A DNA stretch of 64,000 nt from Owenia fusiformis (lineage: Eukaryota): positions 37,076,001 through 37,140,000 of the forward strand of contig CAIIXF020000001.1 in NCBI GenBank assembly GCA_903813345.2, in the 5' to 3' direction. Positions 38,911 through 49,900 of the stretch are shown in pieces. Position 1 is the first letter of the stretch. Every line of letters begins with the position of its first letter. Under the pieces are notes generated by a model. The model was not told the DNA's origin. It worked only from the letters and a program-made list of their open reading frames with translations, and did not search any database. The translations under genes and the position numbers were made by a program.

Positions 38911-41900
38911 TAAAAACAAGTTGGGAATCTGAATATGTGTGAGAACTAGTAGAATGGAATGAGGCTATACTGTCAGACATACAGGATAAATTGCTGAAAT
39001 AAAGAGCAAAATGATAATTTTGAGCATTTTGGTATAACATGTTGTGAATTGACCATTCTTAAATGAAGGTAAGACTGAAATAAAAAATTAGGGGTACCAT
39101 GACAACGAAACATGGTTACCATGGCAATCAAGTAAATGCTAAGCTACAAAGTCTAATTCAATACACAAATCTAATTAATTTTTAAGATCTGAAATGATGA
39201 TATCTGTATCTGCTGGAATTCAAACATTAAAGCATTTATCAATTGAGGAGGTCCAAATTTCAATAAAACTCTAGTTACCATGGTAACCAATCAAATTTCA
39301 GCCCCCAAAGTCTAATTTAATATTTATAATCAATCATTGTCTAAGATCTGAAATAATGAGACATGTATCTCCCTTATTTCAAAAGTTATAGCATCCATCC
39401 AATGTGGGGGTAGGAATTTCCCTAAAACCCTGGTTACCATGGCAACCAATCACATGTCAGCTCCCAAAGTAAAATAGAATACTTAAAACTAACCATTTAT
39501 GAAGATCTGAAAAAATGAGACCTGTATCTCCATTATTTCAAAAGTTATAGCATCTATCCAATGTGGGAGCTCGAGTCTATGAAATAGACCCCTGTATAAG
39601 TCATGGACCAATACAAGGCCAAAATCTGAGGTTTTGTGGACTGATCTTTACATACAATTGTTGCTTATATATTATAGAAGTTTTCTATTGACATTTTAAC
39701 CCTTCCTAACACATTGGTGACAAAATATGCATGAAATGACTCTGTCAGTCCTGAAAAATTGGCCTGAAAATTGACACCCGAAGGGCATGTTTTATCCATT
39801 TCCATGGCAACCAGTTAACCATGTGACATGAAATTTTTATCATATATTCAATTAGCCTATACCAATATAACCTAGTAATTTGGAAACATTCCACTGAGTA
39901 TTTTTTGAGTTCTTGCCCAATTATATAGTAGGGGTCCAAATTTTAGCCCATGGGGGGTAAAATGGCCACAAAATCTAAAAGCTGAAAAACTAAGATCTAA
40001 TAATCCATACAAATATGTATAATCATAGTAGTAACATGAAAAATTATGTCCCATAAAATCCCTCTGAACGCACGCCGAAACCCACATTCTGACTGCACTA
40101 ATCTGAATAATTACATTTTTATATGTGATTAAGTTCTGAATGGTTTTTACATGGTTATTGCTTATGAACATGTTGAAGTTGAAATTAACAACTTTCAGTT
40201 GATGGATAGCATGTATAGTGAGTGAGATAATGACTCATTCAGGATCTCATAGAGTACTCCCTCCTTCAGTGGATCATACTTGAGTTTGTATACCTTTTCC
40301 TGGAGGGATCAATTTATCTCACCCTCTTGTCCTTTGTCAGTCAGAGGTGGTCATTGGTCAGTCTTGCAAATGGTATATGGGGAGAGCTTGTGGAACTGTT
40401 AAGATAGGGAGGCTTTTGTTGTGGCTTACATAAGTCTTGCATCAAGAACCAGGATGTACATTCCCCATTCTCTCATATCAAATGGCCAGAGACATGTTCA
40501 TATAGAAAATAGGGAATATTTCTCTGGTGATTTGATTGGTGAGTTTAATAACTTGGAATTGGAATTTCAATGCTTAACTCTACAGGAAAGTGGTTTAAAT
40601 CAATGAAAATGAAGAAAATTCAATATCCTGAATCCTGATACTGTTCAGAGATATATAGTTTGGCAGTATATTTATTTCTTGTTCCATGGTGTTTTTGAAA
40701 GTACACGGTGGCTTTAAAAATTGTTATGTGCATTTTTCTTCATATGTAATATTGTTGAAATTTAATGTGGTTCATTTTTGTTTTGTTGTTCTGGTGAAAA
40801 GTGGAGAGAGTATGTGAAAATACATTAACCCGTCCTTCAGAGAAGAGTTTGATTATAACATTGCGTGTCTCAATACTTGGGATATAAAAAATAATAACAC
40901 AAAGTATAACATAATTACTTTTACTAATTATCAAAAGAACATTGAATCCTTTTATTGAATCTATATTGATTATGGAATCGTGTTTTATCTGACAAAAAGG
41001 CAGATGCTCCGAATATAACCAAATGACTGAACATATGAATGCATAGATAGATGAATATGAACATTGTGGAGTAATAAGGGACACTTGTACAAAATTGGTC
41101 CAATTTGCTCAAATTCAATACGAGCAATAAACGATGATAACATTTCATGATCACTCTTTTGGTCCTAGACAAACTGTTTTCTGTTAGAGACTAATGTTGG
41201 AGTATTGATGTATGCTGTAATTGTTTCAGTATTGAATAGAGAAAATCATTTGATTGTGTCGTTAATGAGGGGGTATTGAATACACCGTTGCTAATTTCAT
41301 CTTTGGGACACTTCAAATGTGGGACTGCATCTGTGCTTTATTAACTAACTCTGGATAGATCCTACCTAATATAACTTAAGTATATTAGGCTAGAGGAAAA
41401 AATAACGATGTTTTGTTTATCATCTCTCATATTTTTTTTTAAATTACTGTATTATGTAAAAAATATATGCACCATTACATTACTTGATTCTAACATATTT
41501 TATCTTTTTGATATTAATATGTGTTAGTTATCATATCATTTTGAGGATATGAGAAAAGTAAAGATTCATTTTTTCTTTCTGCAAAATGAAAATAATCCTA
41601 AAAATAGATTTTAATTACTCTGGCCTTATTGCACTTTCCATTCTATTCATATCTATTGGTTATTCCATCTGTCAATGTATAATGTCACCTTAGTCCTGAA
41701 TTGTTGCAGTAATACAACCTGAAAAATAAGTTGTATACCAAAACTCTTGAGATGAGAAATTGAGCTTTGGCATTTGGGATGATTTGAAGGCAACCTACAA
41801 CAATCTATTGAAAATTATTGATGCATTCAAGGCTGATTTAAACTTTTTTTAATATCATAATATTAGTGTCAGTCAATATTCATTGGGATGCTTTATTTAT

Positions 41901-43108
41901 GAATAATTCCAAAGATGTGATTGTATTGGAAGAATATTCTGAACTGAGTGAACTGTGTAGACTTATTGTAATTATGGATTTTTACGCAACATTTCGCAAT
42001 GATACCTTATATGTTATTCAGTACATTCCAGGTAATAATTAATAAGGTTGTTTAACTTTGAAAAGTAAGGCTCATAATTATTCACCATTGAGAATATCTT
42101 TCTAAATCATTATATCTGTGTACTAACTATTACCAGAATTCAAAGATACATTGGTGAAATGCAGCTTAAGATGCTATCCAAATCATGAAAATGTTATTTC
42201 TTTGTTTAATCTCTTTTCAATGGTAGGACTTTATTTATGATCTACAAATTTATGATTTACAAATTCAATTTGTGATGAGTAAAGTATAAGGGGACAATTT
42301 ACCATTCGTGATAATAATAAATTTTACATATAATATAGGTATTTTCAAGGCTCCTCAAGGTTAACTCCAATGTTACTAATATATTAAGAGAAAGCCTATT
42401 CTATTTTCAATCATATTGTGTTTTATTGATTTGGAAAAAACCCATGTATTATGTATAGCTAATTTCTAGCAGTGAATGGCGAGAGTAGTGATGAGTTGAA
42501 TCTACCTTATGTTTATACAATCTTGAAATAATTCTATCATTGATTGTAGTAGGCTTGTAATCGAAAAAACCAAGTGCTACTTGTTTGAAATATGGTAGAA
42601 ACCTTTCTAGAAGGAATTTACTATGCCAATAAAGCTTTGTAAGCCAAATATTGACCAGCTATTTTGTTTGCTTACAGACCTCTATGTAAAGAACTCGCAA
42701 AATGCCATATAGTGTACCATATCAATTTTCTGATAATGTTACATTAATATTATCATTTTTATCCAGACAATCGACCAGAGAGTTAAATGCTCACTCAATA
42801 GCCCTAAACAAATATTTTGATGTACACCCAGTTGATTTAGAAGAGTTAAGTCTTGTTTGTACAGATGCTTGAGTTCAGAATATTGCAGAAAATATCCTGC
42901 ATTTTTGTATCATTTGAAGATACCTTATATAAATCATTATGTATGTTAATGAGTGAACAATACATATTTCATAATTGAACATGTTTGTTTATAACATGAA
43001 TCTAGTACTTCAAGTTTGTGTTGCGAAATACTTTCTATCTATAAAATGAAAGCCCTAAGTAACTTTTAACACATTCTTCACTGAATATTTATTTTTTTAT
43101 TTTTTCAG

Positions 43109-43375
43109 TTTTCATGGAGCGCCTGGTGACAGATAAATCCAGTGCATTCAGATCTCATCCCTTCTTCCCTCTATTACGAGACTTGGTGATTGCCGATATG
43201 AACTTCCACACTCCCACGTTCCCCTTCCAACTGATAGCCAACCTTCCGCGGGACTTTGACAAGCTCCTGCAGAATTATTTACAGAGAAACCCCCCTCAGG
43301 GCAAATATGAGCATAACCAGGCCACCGAGAATGTTGTCATGGATGCGCTGAAGTTGGCCCATCAATCTCTTATTG
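43109..43375 (+). CDS. TALE homeobox protein, exon with MEINOX/MEIS-A-like region ([18 protein letters not shown])
   Basis: Acceptor ttttttcag, donor G|GTAAGT; phase 1 to phase 1; resembles the MEIS/PKNOX DKxAIYxHPLFPLL motif. Confidence 0.9.
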
Positions 43376-44026
43376 GTAAGTATTATGGGACAGTAGAGCA
43401 AGGGCAGTCAATGTAGCTAACTGATTCACTGAAATTGGTAACTATGACTGCTTTGGAGTCACAATTCATCCTCATGTTGTTTTTCATTTTGCTTAATTTT
43501 CAGATATTAAATTATTCTGGGTGACATATGTAATGAAATATGATATTTTAAAAAGGCCAACATAAACCAACTTAACCTTATGTTTGTGACAATGTGATTT
43601 ATCATAAATGTAATTATGTGATCATTAATCCAAGTATGTATAGTGTGTCTGTCAATCAGAGTACATATGTGATACAAACCAGATAATGCATTTCATATGT
43701 GTTCATGTGTAAGATGGGGAACATCAGGTGGGGGGGGGGGCTCACAAGACGATCCAAGACCTAGAATTTAAAATATATTTAAAGACAGAATCATTCATCA
43801 TTAAAATTAATGACAATGTTATCTTATCTCTACTCATTTTGTTTAAAATGTGTGTAATGAGTTTATTGATTTTTTAATTTGGCTAAATTGAACATCACAA
43901 TTTGTCCAAATTTGGCAAAAACTAAAAATACGTTTTTGGTTTCAAATCCATTTTCGAGCCTGGAACTCAAGAGGTTGAACTTTTATTTTATTGCCAGATA
44001 ATTACATGTTTTGTTTTTTATTTCAG

Positions 44027-44139
44027 ACAAGATCCAGGGTAAAAAGGTTCAAGAGCAACTAAGACACCAAAGACCGAATAATGTCGTCGAAGACTTTTGC
44101 GATAAATTCGACCAATCTGTTAGAAAAACTGTGTCTCAG
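44027..44139 (+). CDS. TALE homeobox protein, exon (D-KIQGKKVQEQLRHQRPNNVVEDFCDKFDQSVRKTVSQ)
   Basis: Acceptor tttatttcag, donor CAG|GTTGGT; phase 1 in, phase 0 out; EDFCDKF resembles MEIS-B DNFCHRY. Confidence 0.85.
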
Positions 44140-44854
44140 GTTGGTACAAAGATTGTTGAATAAACTCTAGTGGATATAAACAATTGAATTTTATGTTTTC
44201 TCAATTGTAATGTACTTCTGGTATACTCTAAAAAAGGGTGCTCTTTTTACTATAAGCAATAAATAAATGATATCAGATCAATTTATTAAGGCTAAAATAC
44301 TCCAAAATATAATAAACGAGTGGTTAATACTCCAACTAAAATTATGTTGATTTATTTTTGATGTTAGTGGTTGACCTAAGGTCACATAATGAATATATTT
44401 GATTGACTTTATACTAAATTACAATCAATAACAAAAACAAGGCATGGAGTGCCTTCTACCATATATTAACTTGTACATAGTTCATTTACATTGCAAGTGT
44501 CTGCTTGCCGGTTATTGAGCTTTATATTTTAAAAAGAAAACTGGTGAAGTAGTCAACTTTGTATTGGCAATTCACTGGTACTGTTCTGCTTACATCAGAA
44601 TGGGTTCTTCTGAATGGTGGCAAAGTGGTTAGATATTTTGCCTCAATCAATTCGTGTCATAATTAACTGCTCTGTTCAAAAAGGCTCAACTCAATAGAAG
44701 TTTACTAGTTATGCATACATTGTCAATGCCATGACGACTAAATACCAGTTTTTATTGGTCCAAAATACAGAGTATGGTGTGAGTCATGTGTGAATGAATT
44801 GAAGCGTCATGTGTGAATGAATTGAAGCTAATTTTTCTTATTCATGATATTTAG

Positions 44855-45064
44855 GTTGGTACACCGAATGAAAGTCTATCAGCGAGTCGTGAAAGCCTCA
44901 TATCTTCTGTATCTCAGGCTGATACAATTAAAAAAGTGGTGTTCAATGTACCAGGAGGTGAAGATCTGAATGACTCGAGTAGTGTTCGCAGTGGAAGCAG
45001 TTCCCATACCCACAATGGACAGACAGAGCCTACCACTACAAAGAAACCAACCCTTCCCAAAGAG
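44855..45064 (+). CDS. TALE homeobox protein, exon with Ser-rich linker and homeodomain N-terminal arm (...TTTKKPTLPKE)
   Basis: Acceptor atatttag ending 44854 (in-frame alternative ending 44917), donor GAG|GTAAGA; 70 open codons, phase 0 to phase 0. Confidence 0.85.
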
Positions 45065-45110
45065 GTAAGACTAAATGAAAAAATGACTTGAATTGAAATA
45101 AGTGACAACT

Positions 45111-45610
45111 GATTATATGCCAGTTCATCATTGACACAGCCCAGGACAGTAAAGCATGACATAACCTTTGTAAATGATTATATGCCAGTTCATCTTTGAC
45201 ACAGCCCAGGGCAGTAAAGCATGACCTAACCTTTGTAAATGATTATATGCCAGTTCATCTTTGACACAGCCCAGGGCAGTAAAGCATGACCTAACCTTTG
45301 TAAATGATTATATGCCAGTTCATCTTTGACACAGCCCAGGGCAGTAAAGCATGACCTAACCTTTGTAAATGATTATATGCCAGTTCATCTTTGACACAGC
45401 CCAGGGCAGTAAAGCATGACCTAACCTTTGTAAATAATTATATGCCAGTTCATCCTTGACCCAGCCCAGGGCAGTAAAGCATGACATAACCTTTGTAAAT
45501 GATTATATGCCAGTTCATCTTTGACACAGCCCAGGGCAGTTAAGCATGACATAACCTTTATAAATGATTATATGCCAGTTCATCTTTGACCCAGCCCATG
45601 GCAGTAAAGC
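45111..45610. repeat. Minisatellite, 65-bp unit, about 7.7 copies, in the intron that splits the homeobox
   Basis: GATTATATGCCAGTTCATCTTTGACACAGCCCAGGGCAGTAAAGCATGACCTAACCTTTGTAAAT starting at 45111, 45176, 45241 etc. Confidence 0.95.
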
Positions 45611-46749
45611 TTCATTTAGGCCTGTAGCCTGTCTTCTGGTGAAATTTACATTGAAATTAAATAAATAACCTAACCTTTGAAAAATGTCAAGAATCCAAGG
45701 GGAGGGTTATTCATTCCTACACTTCAGGGAATCATTTTAATATGACTCAGTAAGAGAATTCATAAAAGAAGATTATTATTTGTATCTTTGTAATATGTAC
45801 CCTTATGTGATATATTCTCCATATTTATTGCACTTGAAACTATGTTAAATCATTGTAAATGGGCGAGTGGGTGGGTTGCACAAGAAATATTTTCTTCAAG
45901 ACAACAAGAAAACTGTTCTTCTGTTTACATAGACAATTTAACAGATGCAAGAGCAGATTAGTGCCAAGCTCTTATCAGCTTGGTAATTTAAAAAACAGCC
46001 ATTTTGAATTTTCAGTGCGATATTCATCATTGCGTGTCTTGGATTGAATAAAAACTTGAATAAAAACAGTAACACCTATATCTGCTATTATTCCTATTTA
46101 TCCATTCTCTCAGCATGTTTATAATGTCAATACTACTGAGACAATAACATTCAATACAACATTAGGAAAGGCATCAATGGAAATCAAGATTAACAAATGA
46201 GAAAAGATCGCATTGATGATTGATTTATTCAAGATGACACAAAAGTGTACTGTGTAAGTGCAAGTGCAATGTCAAATCAACAATGGTAAATTATTATATA
46301 AGTGTACTCATTGTATCATAAAGTGCTAAGTCATGCAAAATCAATGCCATGCAATATTTCTTCTGAAGTATACAGAACTTTGTAACATGTGAAGTTTTCA
46401 TGAAAATCTCTCGTAAGGTGGACACCTCTATAAGTTGAAGACATTTTACTCTTATTGGCTTTGGATGTGGGCACACACAAATCTTCCATATATCTCAGTG
46501 GTGGAGCTTGCACAAGATGATCAAGGTTCGATCCCTGGTTCAGGCATCGATATTTTAACATTGGGTTTCAGTACATCATGGTGTTTGATTAGATGGTCAA
46601 TATATTGTATAAAAGGCCGTGGTGTGTATTCTTGTATTCTGAGTGCAGATTGCTTGTAATTTATTTTCATTTTTGATTATCTTTTAAGTTAGATTACATG
46701 CATTATGATTTTGATATGTTTAACTTTACAATTTTGTTTTTACTTCCAG

Positions 46750-46929
46750 GCTGTATCCATTATGTTGCAATGGCTTAAAGAGCATAGAGACAATCCTTAT
46801 CCTAATGATGAAGAAAAGGACATGCTGATACAAAAAACTAAACTCACAATTAATCAGATCAACTACTGGTTCACCAACGCTAGGCGGAGAATTCTTCCCA
46901 AATGGAACCAGGGTCTACCATATAAGTAA
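46750..46929 (+). CDS. TALE homeobox protein, last coding exon ([59 protein letters not shown])
   Basis: Acceptor ttttacttccag; TALE loop HxxNPYP and helix 3 WFxNARRR; TAA at 46927-46929. Confidence 0.95.
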   Translation, partial: AVSIMLQWLKEHRDNPYPNDEEKDMLIQKTKLTINQINYWFTNARRRILPKWNQGLPYK

Positions 46930-49900
46930 GAAATTTGTAAATGCTCTCTGACAAATCAATGTAACCTTTTCTACCAAGAAGTAGTGACGTATTGTTACAA
47001 CCACCATTTTTGTAACTTGTGCTCAGAGTTTGATATCTGTAGTTGGTGTATGTAACAATCTGTAACACTTTTGTAACTCTTTGCGATTAATTTCAAAATG
47101 GCGACACTGAGTTTTTGAAATTATTTGTTTTGACTTGTTAAACTCTCTTCATATCACTTAGATGGAACAAAAGAAATGAGGGTGATGCCTTATGGAATTA
47201 GATACACTTTCTTTGAAAATGCAAAAAGTGAGCTTAAATATGAAATAGGTGATGTATATGATAAAGATCAGGCTAAAGAATCCATGGGGATGAGAAGTGA
47301 ACAAGTAAAATAATATTTTCTTTGAAAAACCAATCAGCTTTCCTACTTACCTGTATTTTTATAGGGATTTCCTGAAATTTACTAATATCAGCTCGATTAT
47401 ATTTATATAATTTGTAATAACAACATATGGTAGATTGTGTTCCATTGACCAAGAGAGCAAGTTCTTTAATACAGTATAACATTAAGTATTGAGTGAATTC
47501 ATATGTATTAAGTGAAATCATGATTTGACATTGTTAAAAGCTCCTGACATTGTAATTACTACAATTAAGTCAGTTTACGAGACTGTTTCATTTACTTGTC
47601 AACTGTTTGATAATGTAAGCACATTGAATGTACCTTTAATTCTTTTTATGGGCTGATTCAAATTCCAAAGTGTGATTTCTATCGGTTCATTTTGGAGAAG
47701 TTGATAATTTCCGTTAAGCTGTACTATTTAGAGAATGGTTGATAATGATAAAAACTTGTCATCTCATATATGGTCCGATTTCTTTATTTTATAAGAATGT
47801 CATATCTTACAGAACATTTGAGTTAGAAAATTGAAAGTTAAGGATGTTGATTAACTTTTGTTTGATATCTTCTAATGAGGGAATCTTCATCCTCCGATCA
47901 CAGGGCTTCAAAATCCAGAATATCTTCTTTCTTTTTACCCCCTGCGATAAGCAGTTAGCATTTCCCTGATTAAGATCTCGCAACTCTGCGACAGAAATCA
48001 TGTATAAGTCATTGCGCATAATTAGATCACGTGATTCAGTTAAATCAGGCGCTTCCAAATTGGTTATAGCAGGGGGAAGAAGGAGGTACGAATTCTGGAC
48101 ACCTGCTTAGGAAGATGGGGAATCTTAGATAAGATATTTTGTAGTGACATTGGTAATAACCATGACAACATCATATAATAATAATGATTATGTAATTACT
48201 GAAAAAACAATAGCAAATGCAATGTGAAGTGAGAATTGATTCACAATTAAATCTAGGTAGTTATTCAACTGATTGACATAACAGGGGTATGGTTTTAATC
48301 TGCATTACATTACATTAAATGTTTTAATCTCCATTAAATTCAGTATAAATCTTGTGAATGAATACCACGCTTATAAAGTGCATATCTTGAAATGTGAGCA
48401 CTTTTTCAGTCCCATTTTTGCCATTTCCTAAGTGACTTCGGTGTAATAGAAATGCTTGTGAATACTTCTTAATATGAATAATTAGCCAGTCCTATCAGTG
48501 CTTATTTTAGACAGGTGTTCCAGTGGAAAAATATTATGAATAAAACATAGAAATGCACTTATAAAATCAAATCCATAGAATTCCTAGATAGAGTATGAAC
48601 TTTGTAATTTCCAAAATCTTCAGAAAATATGAAAAAGAATGCTTTTATTATAAAATACATTTAATACGCCTCTTGCTTTTAAGTTAATATTGATGAAATT
48701 GTCTGTGGTTCCTGTGACATTTTCTCGTCTGGAGCGTTCAGATTCACAGGCTTTGTTTTGATAATGGAGTCTTCAATAACAATGTTTATGAAAGTGGCAA
48801 TCAATGTTCTAATCATACGTTACATGTATTTGTCAAAGTGCTGCTTTTTCAAATCTAATTGTGTTTTGTTTTAATACATGCATACCACACTGTCAGTTTA
48901 TCGATTATGTGTCAATATTAGCATAAACCTAGTTTTGCGTAGCTTTATATGAACCTCCATCCTAGAATCTAACATAAGTATCTATATAATACATCAATTA
49001 AAAATTTCTGTAAATGTACATTGACTATATACAATGTAATGCTTGCATGCTGTTCATACAGTAGTTCTAAAGAAGCATTTACCGGTATGATTGTACAAAG
49101 GATACTTATGTACCATTTATAATTCAAAAAGCATTCTTATTAATGCACTACTTCTATGTATGTATTGTATACGTATACAGCATTGAGATTTTTTTTCAGT
49201 CATAATCATCAAAAATCATTGTGCTGTATTTTTAATATTGTGTCAAGTTTTAAATTCGATGTTATCTCTTGATATTTTTTCTGTTCAAGGAATTTATATT
49301 TTTCATCTAAAAATAGAAAAGATTCATTCTTTAGAAATATTCGTCATATTAATCAAATCAACAGTTCGCATGATATCATTCAATACATGTTGAATCATTT
49401 TGAATGTCAGCTTGCTCTTTTAGTCTTCATAAGCTGGAAAATGAATTTTTTATCATTAATTGTTAACAAGTTATTTGCACTTTATAACATGAAATGAATA
49501 ATCCGGGCTTGTGTTTTATGAATATTTAAATACATTTACGCTTTAGTCACACGATTGTGGTTGTCCTTCAGTTGTCTTAGGACTTCCAGCATTTCAAAGA
49601 AAGGCAAGAGATGTTTAGTTTGATGGGAGCTGATGATTCATACTATTGTTATTCTCACCTAGTTGATTCAGTGAAATGATTATGTGTGGTCTGATTGTCT
49701 ACTGTATATGAGTTTGGTCAGTTTCAACTCAGTAGATCACTTACACTTAACTTCCTAAGGGGGCATTTTAAAATTAAGTGAGCGTTTTGCATCTTTGATT
49801 TTTCATGTCAAAATTGAATTCTGGACCAGTTTTGATAATATTATTTAGACTTGTATATTTGTTGAACGGCTTAGATTGAAATTAACTGGCTATTGTTTGG

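Larger units (their letters stand above)
36062..40100. mobile_element. 4-kb foldback non-autonomous element, Academ-like
   Basis: Termini TAGTGCAGTCAGAATGTGGG ... CCCACATTCTGACTGCACTA; 3-bp TSD ATC (36059-36061, 40101-40103); outer ~700 bp almost identical inverted arms with 159-bp subterminal tandem units; decayed XPG/PIN-like transposase motifs inside. Confidence 0.85.

Noticed and set aside
46750..46929. Naming the homeobox gene Tgif, Meis or Pknox
   Set aside because: Mixed features (TGIF-like homeodomain, MEINOX-like domain, T50) prevent a confident symbol without phylogeny.
47807..48058. 83-aa minus-strand ORF with local CpGs in the candidate 3' UTR
   Set aside because: Non-ATG start, no domain similarity and no splice support.
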